The notes under the pieces: generated by a model
Told to the model about the DNA's origin: nothing
The model's input: only the letters and a program-made list of their open reading frames with translations
The model's database searches: none
Part shown: positions 28,646-38,430 of the stretch, piece after piece
Position numbering within the stretch: position 1 is the first letter of the stretch
Layout of the letters: each line of letters starts with the position of its first letter
Program-made: the position numbers and the translations under genes
Source of the DNA: Bacteriovoracia bacterium
GTDB lineage: Bacteria > Bdellovibrionota > UBA1018 > JBFWNL01
Reading direction: 5' to 3'
DNA length: 64,000 nucleotides
NCBI GenBank assembly: GCA_050251055.1
Contig: JBFWNL010000002.1
Span: 224,001-288,000 of the forward strand

Positions 28646-29995
28646 ATGAAATTCAGTTCACTTTTGATCCTGGCCACGAGCCTAGGTTTGTCCATCGCGC
28701 ATGCCGACGAAAGAAAACTCTACGTCGGCAAGAACGCCACCGAGGCCTATCTGAACTTCCGCCACACCGTGGAAATCAATAGCCCCCGGGCCAATGAAGA
28801 TGACGCCTACGAGGCGATCGAAGACCAGCTCCAGCACCTATTCGGCACCATGGCCGTCGCGGACCTGAAAGCCGTGCCGCGCGGGGCGCACGAGATCACC
28901 GATGTCCAGCTCTCGGTGAAGGACGGCAAGAAAACGATCGTAAGTTATCAGTATCGGGGTCTCATCGTGGTCGAACTCGCGAAAAGAGAAACTCCGGAGG
29001 CACCGCTAAAATCCTACACGGTGATCCTGCCGAACAATCCCGCGACGATTTATCGTTCGGCGATGGTGGGACGCTACAACCCCTGTACCGACGAGCACTA
29101 TCAAGAAGAAGGCGATTTCTGGTATTTCTGGTCCCCGGCGCCGGCTAACCCGAAATGCCGACTGAAGGAGTGGGTGCACTACCGGAAAGTCACGGGCTCC
29201 CTCCAGAGAATCAAGAATACCACGCGCAGCTTCCCCGAATACGAACGGCTCACGTCAGCCGATGGCGTACTGCGTATTTCGCTGCTCATGGGCATGGATG
29301 ATCCGGATTTGAACCGCGATCCGAATGTCTCGGACGACGAGAACGCCCTGAACTTCCGGCCCATCAAAGCTTCGCTGCTCGAGCGCGGCTACCGCTCGCG
29401 CATCTGGTCCGGGTCCGAAATCAATCAGGTGGTGCCCGACCGGGCGGCAAACGATCGCGTCTACGTGGAAGAGTTCACGAAAACTTTCACCCGCAACGAA
29501 GTGACCCGCGCGATCCGTCTGCGGATCTTCTTCGGACCGTCGGGCATTGACGAGGACAGCCGCAGCTTTCATTACTTCTTCAAGGACTCGCTCGCGAACG
29601 AGGCGATCATGATGTACGACGGCCATAGCGGCCTGGGCGGGCACTTGGATCTGGCGGCGATCGAAGACCAGCACGGTTTCGAGTTCGCGCCGAACCAAAA
29701 GCAGTATCAGATCTACTTCTTCAATAGCTGCAGCTCGTACACGTACTATAACAGCATGTACTTCGGCCGAAAGAAGACCCAAACGGACCCCAAGGGAACG
29801 AAGAACCTCGACGTGCTCAATAACGGGCTCTCGACGTACTTCTCCGTCATGCACGACACGAACATGGCGCTCGTCCGGGCGGTGGAAGCCTGGGTCGAGA
29901 CCGGCACGCGCGTGTCTTACCAAACGCTCGCCAACCAGATCGACAGCGACAACCTGTTTAGCGTCAATGGCGATGAAGACAACCCGAAGGAGTAA
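28646..29995 (+). CDS. Secreted protein with a putative caspase/gingipain-fold His-Cys dyad
   Basis: GGAG RBS; signal peptide; MMYDGHSGLG and IYFFNSCSSY motifs. Confidence 0.7.
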   Translation: MKFSSLLILATSLGLSIAHADERKLYVGKNATEAYLNFRHTVEINSPRANEDDAYEAIEDQLQHLFGTMAVADLKAVPRGAHEITDVQLSVKDGKKTIVSYQYRGLIVVELAKRETPEAPLKSYTVILPNNPATIYRSAMVGRYNPCTDEHYQEEGDFWYFWSPAPANPKCRLKEWVHYRKVTGSLQRIKNTTRSFPEYERLTSADGVLRISLLMGMDDPDLNRDPNVSDDENALNFRPIKASLLERGYRSRIWSGSEINQVVPDRAANDRVYVEEFTKTFTRNEVTRAIRLRIFFGPSGIDEDSRSFHYFFKDSLANEAIMMYDGHSGLGGHLDLAAIEDQHGFEFAPNQKQYQIYFFNSCSSYTYYNSMYFGRKKTQTDPKGTKNLDVLNNGLSTYFSVMHDTNMALVRAVEAWVETGTRVSYQTLANQIDSDNLFSVNGDEDNPKE

Positions 29996-31598
29996 ACTCC
30001 TTCTCGCGTCATCCCTGATTTGGCTCGGCGGCGCCGTCCACCTCACCGTGGCCGCGGCGCCGCCCGCGTCAACGCCACCCACGCCCACGCGCTGGGAGCT
30101 TGCCGTTCTTTTCATCGAATCGGGTGGCCCCGGGGCCCCGAACCGGGACGTCGACCCCGCCTTCCAGTCCGACATCGACCGGAACGTGATGGAGCTAGGC
30201 CGGATCGTCCCGAACGAAAACCTACGCTTATCGATCTACCGGGAGTTCGCGGACCGCGCCGTTGAATATTTCGTGGACCCCGCCTCTGCCGAGCTGACGA
30301 ACTGGGATCCGCTCTTTGCCCGGTCTCCCCTGCCCGGTTGGCAGGTGCCCGGAGGCTTCACGGTAACCCCGCGAAGCTCCCAAACGCCCACCCGCTTGCG
30401 GGAAAGGGAAGCTCTGCAGCGATTTTTCGCGCGCGCTTATCCGGACCCCTCCGCCAAGCGCGTCTTAGTGATTTACGCCCACGGCCTGGCGTTCGACGGG
30501 CTGCAGGTCATTCGCTTGAACGCGCTCAAAAAACAGCTGGCCGCCGCCCTCGCGGAGCGTTCGCTCGACATTCTTTGGCTGGATTCCTGTTTCATGGCGA
30601 ACCTAGAAGCCCAGCTCGAGCTCGCCCCGCTCGCGCGCTACATCCTGGCGTCGGAAGAAGCCGAGTTTTCCGCCGGCACCCCATTCGACATCTTTCGTAC
30701 GCTGGCGGCCGGCCCCGCCGACGTCGAGAAAGTCGCGATCGACTTCGCCACTCGTTTCATCGAAACCTATTCTTATTTGAAGCAAGGAAGCCAACGCCGC
30801 GCCGTCGAACGCAGCTCCGCCACGCTCAGCGTGGTGGATACGACCCGCTTGCGGGCGACCGTGCCCCTTTGGCAAACCTTGGCGCGGGAGCTCGGGCCGA
30901 CGCGCCTGGGCGGCGAAGCCAAACGCGTGCTCAATCAGCAACTCGCCGCGAACCGGATGGAACGGCCTGACTTAGTCGACGCAGGTTCGATGCTACTCGC
31001 CGTGCGCCGGCTGAAACAATGGCCAAGCGAGGCCAAGCCCGCGATCGCCAAATCAGCGGACGCCCTGATTGAGACGATGGAACTCGCGCAGGCGGGAAAA
31101 TTACATACGAATCCCCGCATTCACGTGGTCGCACCCAGGAAGGACACCACGCTCGTGTTCGGTTTCGAGGACTGGACGCGCGGGCACCGGGACGACACCG
31201 AGACACTGAAAAAAATTCCCCGCTCTATGCAACCCGCGACATTTGTCGGCGGTCCCGCCGACCGCGACTGGCCCGGCTTGACTGTGAATCAGGAACGTTA
31301 CCTCACGCCGTTCGCGCCCGGGCTTCGGGAGTTCAGCTACTTTTTTGTCGACTCCCTCACCCTTCGTTTGCTCAGTGAACCGCAGTCCGTGACCCGCGAC
31401 CGCGATTATGTGATCTTCGCGGCGACCCATCCTGACAACCCCGTGCTTTTCGCCGGTTATACCCAGGGCATCGGCAAAACCGCCGAGCGTTACACGGGGT
31501 TGAATATGCTCGACCCCACTTTAGGGATTACTTCCATTCACTACCTGGATACCGAGTTCTTCCGTCAAACCCACTGGGGCAGCTTCCCCCAACCGTAG
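29973..31598 (+). CDS. Clostripain-related (C11) cysteine peptidase, secreted
   Basis: AYP...VLVIYAHG, DILWLDSCFMANLE, YILASEE and TLSVVD motifs. Confidence 0.82.
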   Translation: MKTTRRSKLLLASSLIWLGGAVHLTVAAAPPASTPPTPTRWELAVLFIESGGPGAPNRDVDPAFQSDIDRNVMELGRIVPNENLRLSIYREFADRAVEYFVDPASAELTNWDPLFARSPLPGWQVPGGFTVTPRSSQTPTRLREREALQRFFARAYPDPSAKRVLVIYAHGLAFDGLQVIRLNALKKQLAAALAERSLDILWLDSCFMANLEAQLELAPLARYILASEEAEFSAGTPFDIFRTLAAGPADVEKVAIDFATRFIETYSYLKQGSQRRAVERSSATLSVVDTTRLRATVPLWQTLARELGPTRLGGEAKRVLNQQLAANRMERPDLVDAGSMLLAVRRLKQWPSEAKPAIAKSADALIETMELAQAGKLHTNPRIHVVAPRKDTTLVFGFEDWTRGHRDDTETLKKIPRSMQPATFVGGPADRDWPGLTVNQERYLTPFAPGLREFSYFFVDSLTLRLLSEPQSVTRDRDYVIFAATHPDNPVLFAGYTQGIGKTAERYTGLNMLDPTLGITSIHYLDTEFFRQTHWGSFPQP

Positions 31599-31633
31599 CG
31601 AATTGCAACAAGCTGGGCCGACGCGCGCCGTCG

Positions 31634-31678
31634 CAACTTGTTGATATATTTACGATTAGACGATGGCACCCCCCTTGC
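31634..31678 (+). promoter_or_regulatory. IHF-like site plus sigma-54 promoter
   Basis: The minus strand at 31634-31646 reads TATCAA-caag-TTG (IHF consensus WATCAANNNNTTR). TGGCAC-N5-TTGC lies at 31664-31678. Confidence 0.72.
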
Positions 31679-31706
31679 TCTACACTTAAGCAACAAGGAG
31701 AACCTT

Positions 31707-31988
31707 ATGCAATCCAAACTGATTCCCACCCTGCTGCTAGCGATTTTCACGGCCTTCCCGTTGGCTTCGGCCCGCGCCGATGATGCTCCGGCCGTTCCGC
31801 CGCAAGCCGAGGTGAAAAAAGACTTCCAAGATCAGATCAAGAAAGAACGCGCCGACATCAAGGAAAACCGGAAGGAAATCCGTGAGAGCCGGCAGAAGAT
31901 TCGCGAGCTTCGCAAACAACGCCGCGAAACCCGCCGCCAGAAAAAAATGGAAAAACACGGCGGCAACGCTGCCCCCGCGCAGCAGTAG
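31707..31988 (+). CDS. Small secreted, highly charged coiled-coil protein
   Basis: AAGGAG RBS; signal peptide ending ARA; K/R/E-rich helix. Confidence 0.85.
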   Translation: MQSKLIPTLLLAIFTAFPLASARADDAPAVPPQAEVKKDFQDQIKKERADIKENRKEIRESRQKIRELRKQRRETRRQKKMEKHGGNAAPAQQ

Positions 31989-32016
31989 CGGTCGCGGCAA
32001 GTGATCCGCGCATCGT

Positions 32017-32066
32017 GATTTCAGCGTGGAGTCCACGTCCCAAAAAACGTGGGCTCCACGCAAATC
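32017..32066 (+). terminator. Long hairpin after the coiled-coil gene
   Basis: GCGTGGAGTCCACGT-cccaaaaa-ACGTGGGCTCCACGC, extended by GATTT/AAATC and followed by a pyrimidine-rich run. Confidence 0.6.
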
Positions 32067-32106
32067 CCTTCTCGTTTTCGCCTTCCTCGGCTAAATTCTT
32101 TCTGAA

Positions 32107-33276
32107 ATGAGCGTTCTCTCCCTTCCCTCCCCACGGCGGCAACCCCCTGGTTTTTCGATGCTGGAAGTGCTCATCGCGGGCGCCGTCGGCATGGTTATCC
32201 TATACGCGATCTTTCAGGGCCTCACCTACTTCGCGAAATCCAATAAGTCGGCCGCCATTACCGCCGAGTATACTTCACTGATCTCCTCGCTCAATCTTGT
32301 GCTCTCGCAGCCCGACCTATGCGGAACGGCTTTCCGCGACGCCTCGGGTAACGCCTTGGTTTTCAAGCCGACCAAACCGGAAGGCCACAGGGTTTCCGTG
32401 CACGAGATCCGTATCGGCACTGGACCGATCGCGAAGCTCGGCACCGCGATTGGCGGCCTGAAGCTCACGCGGATGGAAATCCATGAAATCGCGCCGAAGC
32501 TGCGCCAACCCAATCGCTACGTCGGTAATCTCGTCATTCAAGGCGAAAAACTGGTGGAAGCCAAGGGGCCTGCCGTGTCCCTCCCCGAGAAGACTTTCCC
32601 CATCGTTTTTTTTACCAAGGAAGACACCGACGCCATTCAGGCTTGCAATGGGGGATCCACCGGCGAGATCGTGAAAGGTCCCCATACCCGCACGCTCGCG
32701 GTCTCGGAGTTTTGGACCGTGCCCGACGGTATCAGCGAAGTCGTCTTGGAAGCCTGGGCGGGCGGCGGCGGCGGCGGGCGCGGAGATCGCACCGGCGGAG
32801 TCTGCGGCGCGGGCGGCGGCGGCGGCGCGTACTTTCGCGGGATGGTGCGAGTCACCCCCGGGGAAGTAATCGAAATCATCGTCGGCTCCGGCGGTTCGGC
32901 GGGCACCGGTGACGGTAGCTCAGGCCAAGAGGGGCACGCCACTCGTTTCGGCACCTACGTCGTGTTGCACGGAGGACGCGGCGGCCAGTACGTTACGGCG
33001 AGCGAACAGAACGGCGGGCACGGAGGGATGGTGGACGTTTCCCACCTATCCGAAGGCTCACGGACATTTTACACGTTGGAAGGAATCGACGGACATCCCG
33101 GCGGCCTTCCGAACGGGATCGGCGACGATAAGTGCCCGCGCAATCTAGGCGGCCCCTCGTTTCCGGCTCTATTAACCAAAGGCCCCGGGTGGGGCGGGAG
33201 GGGAAGTTATGAAATTCCAGGCGAACATCGAAGCGGAGATCGCGGCGAAGACGGGCTCGTACTCTTGGTTTACTAA
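32107..33276 (+). CDS. Prepilin-type protein with a C-terminal glycine-rich domain
   Basis: G|FSMLEVL N-methyl-Phe motif; WTVPDGISEVVLEAWAGGGGGG...GAGGGGGAY glycine-rich domain. Confidence 0.85.
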   Translation: MSVLSLPSPRRQPPGFSMLEVLIAGAVGMVILYAIFQGLTYFAKSNKSAAITAEYTSLISSLNLVLSQPDLCGTAFRDASGNALVFKPTKPEGHRVSVHEIRIGTGPIAKLGTAIGGLKLTRMEIHEIAPKLRQPNRYVGNLVIQGEKLVEAKGPAVSLPEKTFPIVFFTKEDTDAIQACNGGSTGEIVKGPHTRTLAVSEFWTVPDGISEVVLEAWAGGGGGGRGDRTGGVCGAGGGGGAYFRGMVRVTPGEVIEIIVGSGGSAGTGDGSSGQEGHATRFGTYVVLHGGRGGQYVTASEQNGGHGGMVDVSHLSEGSRTFYTLEGIDGHPGGLPNGIGDDKCPRNLGGPSFPALLTKGPGWGGRGSYEIPGEHRSGDRGEDGLVLLVY

Positions 33277-33829
33277 GGCGGCGGCCATCGCTCTGCTCCT
33301 GGCGTTGATGTCGATCGCGTCCGCGCTCGCCGCACCGGCTACCGGCGGGCAAGACCCTTTCATTGGAAAGCCCCTACCGAACGTCACCCTTCCGGCGTCC
33401 GATGGAAAAACGCGTACGCTGCCCAAGGACATCTTGGGGAAGTGGACCCTCATCTACTTTTACCCCAAGGACGACACTCCGGGCTGCACGAAGCAAGCCT
33501 GCAGCTACCGCGATCGCATGGATGAGTTCAAGCGGCTCGACGTGAACGTGTTCGGCGTAAGCGCCGACGACCTGGCGTCACACGACCAATTCAAACAGAA
33601 GCATAAGCTAAATTTCCCCCTGCTTACCGACGCCAAGCACGAACTGGCCGGCCCTTTGGACGTGAGCCAGGGGGGCAAAGGCTATTTTTCTCGCGATACC
33701 TTCCTGGTGAATCCAGAAGGAAAAATCACCGACGTCTGGCGGAAGGTAAACCCGGAGAAGACCTTGGGTGAAACGCTGGATATGGTGAAGCACAAGGTCG
33801 AAACCCCAACTGGGGCTAAGACAAAGTAA
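33209..33829 (+). CDS. Exported BCP/PrxQ peroxiredoxin
   Basis: YFYPKDDTPGCTKQAC motif; N-terminal signal peptide; GGAGGGG RBS. Confidence 0.9.
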   Translation: MKFQANIEAEIAAKTGSYSWFTKAAAIALLLALMSIASALAAPATGGQDPFIGKPLPNVTLPASDGKTRTLPKDILGKWTLIYFYPKDDTPGCTKQACSYRDRMDEFKRLDVNVFGVSADDLASHDQFKQKHKLNFPLLTDAKHELAGPLDVSQGGKGYFSRDTFLVNPEGKITDVWRKVNPEKTLGETLDMVKHKVETPTGAKTK

Positions 33830-33902
33830 GTTTTCCGCCGCCTCGCGCGGCCCTGCCGTCAAATTTTTTACGCTCGGGAACCGGCCTCACTAAACCGAAA
33901 AG

Positions 33903-34991
33903 GTGTACGTGAGAGTACGCTCCGGTCAGCCACTCATTCCCTTGGAGAAGATTGAAGCTTTTCTCCAAGTCGAGCCCACCTTCGTCATCCTCGGGATGGC
34001 ACTCGCTTCTTTCCTCATCTACAAGTTTTTTCTCCGCAACGTGACCGCGCAGCGACACGAAAACCTGAAGTCGCTGTTCAAAAACCTAGCAGTCAATGGC
34101 TTAGCTTGGGGCGTCTGCTTCGCCGCTTACATCGGGCTCGAGCGCGTCGAGCTCTTCTCGCCCGACACCCACCTCCGCATCGTCAGCTATGTAGGGTTTC
34201 TTACCCTGGTCACCGGTTCGGTGGTTTTCGTAAAAACGAGTCGACTACTCGTCATGGAGTACCTCTTCTTCGGCCACATGAAGGAAGGCGTGCCGATCCT
34301 GCTCGTGAATCTCTTCACGCTGCTCGTTTCAATCGTGCTCGCCGGCTGGTACGTGACGGATATCTTCGGCGTGCAGCTCACTCCGTTTTTGGCGACCTCG
34401 GCCATCCTCTCGCTCGTACTGGGCTTAGCCCTCCAAGACACACTCGGCAATCTCTTCGCCGGCATCGCCCTGCAACTCGATAAGCCTTTCGAAATCGGCG
34501 ACTGGGTGGAAATCCAGTTCGGCGTCTTGAAATGGACGGGGCAAATCTACGAAATCACCTGGCGGGCCGTGCACCTAACCGGCCTCGACGAAGAGCGCCT
34601 CACCATTCCCAACCGCGTGGTGGCCCAGGGTGGAGTGACCAATCTTTCCGCTACCGGAGAGCCCATTGTCCAGACGCTCGCCTTGAAGCTCCCCCACGAC
34701 TGCGATCTGCCCCGGGCGCGCGCCGCACTGGCCGAAGCCGCCGGAGCGATCACCCGCGTGGTGAAACGTCCGTTACCCTACGCTCAGCTTTCGGAAGCCA
34801 CCGACGCCGGCATCACGTGTAAACTTGTTTATTTCATCCAAGATTACGGACGACACTCGGAGATCGCCGACGAAGTAATGATGGCCGCCCTGCACGGCCT
34901 ACGCCGCGAAGGCATCGCCCTCGCGACGCCGCGGCTGCATGTTGATTACCCAGGGTCCCCAAAAGCAAACGGAGAAGCCTCCATCTCGTGA
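33903..34991 (+). CDS. MscS-family mechanosensitive channel
   Basis: GLALQDTLGNLFAGI...KPFEIGDWV, ITWRA and TIPN motifs. Confidence 0.93.
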   Translation: MYVRVRSGQPLIPLEKIEAFLQVEPTFVILGMALASFLIYKFFLRNVTAQRHENLKSLFKNLAVNGLAWGVCFAAYIGLERVELFSPDTHLRIVSYVGFLTLVTGSVVFVKTSRLLVMEYLFFGHMKEGVPILLVNLFTLLVSIVLAGWYVTDIFGVQLTPFLATSAILSLVLGLALQDTLGNLFAGIALQLDKPFEIGDWVEIQFGVLKWTGQIYEITWRAVHLTGLDEERLTIPNRVVAQGGVTNLSATGEPIVQTLALKLPHDCDLPRARAALAEAAGAITRVVKRPLPYAQLSEATDAGITCKLVYFIQDYGRHSEIADEVMMAALHGLRREGIALATPRLHVDYPGSPKANGEASIS

Positions 34992-35020
34992 AGGCCTCTC
35001 CGCTTACCACCCTCTCCCAA

Positions 35021-35392
35021 CTACTGGTGTAAGGGACGAATCACATCCGTACGATGAAAATTCGCGCCCTTGAAGGTAGAACGCGTTTCCACGGCTTTGC
35101 CGTTGAGGCGATTGACTAGACCAGTTTCATAAATGACGTGCACGTTCGGGCCCAGCACCAACGGCTGCACAAAGCCCTCGGCCAACTCGGAGGAATCCAG
35201 GCTGACTTCAGCCGGCAAACGCTCCACGGAAGGACGAACGCAACGGGAAGGCGGAGTCGCCAACGAATTCACCTGCACGGTAAAGCGCTGGAGCATGCCA
35301 TCGACCGGACGATCATCTTCTTCCGCCACGATTACCGGGCCACCGGCGCAGCGCGGTTGCAGAATGTGCTTGATCGGCAGGGTGATCTCCAC
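35021..35392 (-). CDS. Hypothetical protein, possibly a 5'-damaged gene
   Basis: Fills the gap between two + genes and has a globular composition, but lacks an RBS and has an in-frame TAG four codons upstream of the GTG. Confidence 0.35.
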   Translation of the reverse strand: MEITLPIKHILQPRCAGGPVIVAEEDDRPVDGMLQRFTVQVNSLATPPSRCVRPSVERLPAEVSLDSSELAEGFVQPLVLGPNVHVIYETGLVNRLNGKAVETRSTFKGANFHRTDVIRPLHQ

Positions 35393-35489
35393 CGACTTCG
35401 GCGGCTAGCGTCGGAGGTGAAGAAATAATAATTATTCGATATTGGGTTAATTAATTAATATTTCTAATGTAGTGATTTCGGCATCCCCG

Positions 35490-35518
35490 TTGACAATATT
35501 GAGGAATATTGCTACGCA
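35490..35518 (+). promoter_or_regulatory. Sigma70-like promoter with an inverted repeat
   Basis: TTGACA-N17-TACGCA; CAATATT-gagg-AATATTG at 35494-35511. Confidence 0.45.
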
Positions 35519-35564
35519 CTGCGTCGAGGGTTGATCAAGAGGTGTTTCAATAGAGGAGACCGTT

Positions 35565-36257
35565 ATGGTTTATCGCCTGCCCTTGTCCGCGCTCGTCCTA
35601 CTTTTCCTATCCCGCTTCGCCATCGCCGACCCCGTCATCGTTCTGAACGAACCCAGGTGTGTGAAATTCGGCGCCACCTTCCCCGAGTCCGCGGAGTACA
35701 CGGCTCGCCTGGGCAAAGCCGAGCCCAACCAGCACGGAAGCTCCCGTTGCGCCAAGATCGTGCACTTAGCCGAGGCCGCCGCGGCGCTAGCGCGTGAGCA
35801 GCCCCGAGCGATTCAAGTCTTGCACCTCCCGCCCGGAAAGGCTTCCGACCTCTACCGTGACCTGGAGCCCATGGGGACCCTCACGCTCGACCTTACGATC
35901 CTGAAGCTTTCCTACGGGGTAGATGGTCAACGAACCTCGTTGCGGGATCTGCAAGAGTTTGCGCATCTTTTCACGCTAGACGAACAGCCGAGCTTTGGCA
36001 CGGTGGATACCTCGTTCTTGTCCCATCCGCGGGAACTGAGCGAGATTCGGGGCAAAGTCCTGCCGAGCTCCGCGATCGTGAACGCGGTCATCCCCCTCAC
36101 CGGCCAGGCCGCCGAAAAGATTCGCCCGGTAGTATTTTCCTCGGAAAGAGAAGGGCAAAACCTGGGGGGCTTCCAGTTCACGACGAACCAGACCGTGGTG
36201 GTGCTCGGTCAATACGCGATCTATCTGAAAACGATCAGCTGGATGAACAACGACTGA
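35565..36257 (+). CDS. Secreted hypothetical protein
   Basis: AGGAG RBS; signal peptide ending AIA. Confidence 0.75.
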   Translation: MVYRLPLSALVLLFLSRFAIADPVIVLNEPRCVKFGATFPESAEYTARLGKAEPNQHGSSRCAKIVHLAEAAAALAREQPRAIQVLHLPPGKASDLYRDLEPMGTLTLDLTILKLSYGVDGQRTSLRDLQEFAHLFTLDEQPSFGTVDTSFLSHPRELSEIRGKVLPSSAIVNAVIPLTGQAAEKIRPVVFSSEREGQNLGGFQFTTNQTVVVLGQYAIYLKTISWMNND

Positions 36258-36326
36258 AGCCTCCAACCGGCCACCCGGAGCTTCGCGCACATTGCAGTTT
36301 AGAATCGTTCTGATACATTGGCGGCA

Positions 36327-38423
36327 ATGAAGATTGCTTTCACGCATAATTTGAAGGTCACGGACGCGGAAGAAGAAGCGGAGTTCGACACGAAGGAAAC
36401 AGTGGCGGCGATCACCGACGCGCTTACCCAGCTCGGCCACCAGGTAGAACCAGTGGAGGTCAGCGGGCCCGTTTCTCGTACCATCGCCCGCCTGGAGGCA
36501 CTCCATCCGGATCTGATCTTCAACACCGCGGAAGGAAAGACGGGACGGTATCGCGAAGCCTTCTACCCCGGCATCTTCGATCAGTTGGGCATCCCTTACA
36601 CGGGCTCCGACGCCTACGTATGCACGCTCACTCTGGACAAACACATGACCAAGCTGATGGTCGCGGGCCAGGGGATTCCCGTTCCGCGGTCTCAGTTCTT
36701 CGTAACCATGGCGGGGGCCGAAAAGATAGACCTCCGCTTTCCGGTCATCTTAAAACCCAATTTCGAAGGCAGCTCAAAGGGCATCACCCAGGATTCCATC
36801 GCGGAAACTCCGGCTGCCTTCCAGGAAAAACTCCAGCGGGCACTCACGCAGTACCCGATCGGGATCTTGGTCGAAGAATACATCGTGGGACGCGACATCG
36901 CCGTGCCCTTCATCGAAGGTGCCGCGGCGGCTTCCGGCGGCGTGCTCGCTCCCATCGAGTATGTATTCGATACGGCTGCGGTGGGACCCCGGAAATACCA
37001 GATCTACGACTACGAGCTGAAAAACTCCCTTTCGGATCACGTGCACCTCAAGGTACCGGCCGAAGTAAACAGCGACGTAGGGGCCCGCCTGCAGAAAATG
37101 TCCCAAGTCATTTTCAAAACCCTGGGCGTGCACGACGCCGCCCGCATCGACTTCCGGGTCACGCCGAATGGCGAGATTTATTTCATCGAGATCAACGCCC
37201 TCCCTAGCCTCGAGCCCGGCGCCGGGATCTACCAAGCGGCGAAGCTCGCGGGCTTAAGCGAGACCAAGGACGTCCTGGGCGCGATCATCGCCAACGCCTG
37301 CCTCCGGCAAAAGGTGCGGCTCACTACCCGCTCCAAAAATAAACGTCACTTACGGGTAGGCTTCACTTTCAATCAGAAACGCGTGCCCTCGGGGGACTAC
37401 GAGGTGAACGACACCGAGGCCGAATACGATTCGCCGTCCACCCTGGGGAAGATCCGCGAAGCCATCCGTTCGCACGGACACGAGGTGGTCGACCTAGAAG
37501 CTACGCCGGAGCTGCCGAACTTGCTTTCGGCCACCAACGTCGACGTCGTCTTCAACATCGCCGAAGGCCTCAAGGGCCGGAACCGGGAATCGCAAATCCC
37601 GGCCATGCTCGAGCTGCTCGATATTCCCTATACGGGATCGGACCCTACCACGCTCTCCATCACCCTCGATAAGAGCTTGGCCAAAAAAGTGGTGCGCAAC
37701 GAGGGCATTCTCACCCCGAACTTTTTCCTGATGACCACGGGGCGGGAAAAACTTCCGAAGGAGCTACGCTTCCCCGTCATCGTAAAACCCGTGGCCGAAG
37801 GCAGCTCGAAGGGCGTGGTGAAGAAAAGCGTCGCCCACAACGAGGCCGAGCTACGCGCCATCGCCAACACGATGATCCGCATCTACCACCAATCGGCGCT
37901 GGTCGAGGAATTCCTCACCGGCCGTGAATTCACCGTCGCGCTCCTAGGGGAAAACCGTCCCCGCGTGCTACCGCCGATGGAGATCATCTTCGCCAAGAAA
38001 GATGAAGCTTTCCCGGTCTACACCTACCAGCACAAACTCGACCGCAACGACGAGATCCAGTACCAAGCGCCCGCGCAGATCGACGAAAAGCTCCGCAAGC
38101 AGCTCGAGAGCGTGGCCAAACGCTCTTTCATTGCGTTAGGCTGCCGCGACGTCGCCCGCATTGATCTTCGACTCGACGCCGAGGGACGCGTGAACTTCGT
38201 GGAGTGCAATCCGCTGCCGGGGCTGACCCCCGGCTGGTCGGACCTATGCATGATCGCCGAGAGCGCGGGCATGGATTACCGCACACTCATCGGAGAAATC
38301 CTGGCCCCTGCCGTGCGGCGCGCGCGGGAAAAAGACCGGCACCAAGCGCTGGTGCAGGCCCAAGCCATGGCGAGCACCCAGTCGTCGGAGAGCGGACGCA
38401 ACGAATTACTCAACCCGGCGTGA
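36327..38423 (+). CDS. Tandem-duplicated D-Ala-D-Ala-ligase-like ATP-grasp protein
   Basis: Two complete copies of FNxAEG, IPYTGSD, LDK, FPVIxKP..EGSSKG, VEE, ARID.R and ExNxLP.L. Confidence 0.92.
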   Translation: MKIAFTHNLKVTDAEEEAEFDTKETVAAITDALTQLGHQVEPVEVSGPVSRTIARLEALHPDLIFNTAEGKTGRYREAFYPGIFDQLGIPYTGSDAYVCTLTLDKHMTKLMVAGQGIPVPRSQFFVTMAGAEKIDLRFPVILKPNFEGSSKGITQDSIAETPAAFQEKLQRALTQYPIGILVEEYIVGRDIAVPFIEGAAAASGGVLAPIEYVFDTAAVGPRKYQIYDYELKNSLSDHVHLKVPAEVNSDVGARLQKMSQVIFKTLGVHDAARIDFRVTPNGEIYFIEINALPSLEPGAGIYQAAKLAGLSETKDVLGAIIANACLRQKVRLTTRSKNKRHLRVGFTFNQKRVPSGDYEVNDTEAEYDSPSTLGKIREAIRSHGHEVVDLEATPELPNLLSATNVDVVFNIAEGLKGRNRESQIPAMLELLDIPYTGSDPTTLSITLDKSLAKKVVRNEGILTPNFFLMTTGREKLPKELRFPVIVKPVAEGSSKGVVKKSVAHNEAELRAIANTMIRIYHQSALVEEFLTGREFTVALLGENRPRVLPPMEIIFAKKDEAFPVYTYQHKLDRNDEIQYQAPAQIDEKLRKQLESVAKRSFIALGCRDVARIDLRLDAEGRVNFVECNPLPGLTPGWSDLCMIAESAGMDYRTLIGEILAPAVRRAREKDRHQALVQAQAMASTQSSESGRNELLNPA

Positions 38424-38430
38424 GGAGCTT

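Noticed and set aside
32756-32828. GGC tandem repeats (also Gly/Ser codons at about 4388-4430)
   Set aside because: They encode poly-Gly segments; not a CRISPR or a non-coding repeat.
35133-35428. Small + strand ORFs between mscS and the next gene
   Set aside because: Compositions look like off-frame translations, with no RBS.
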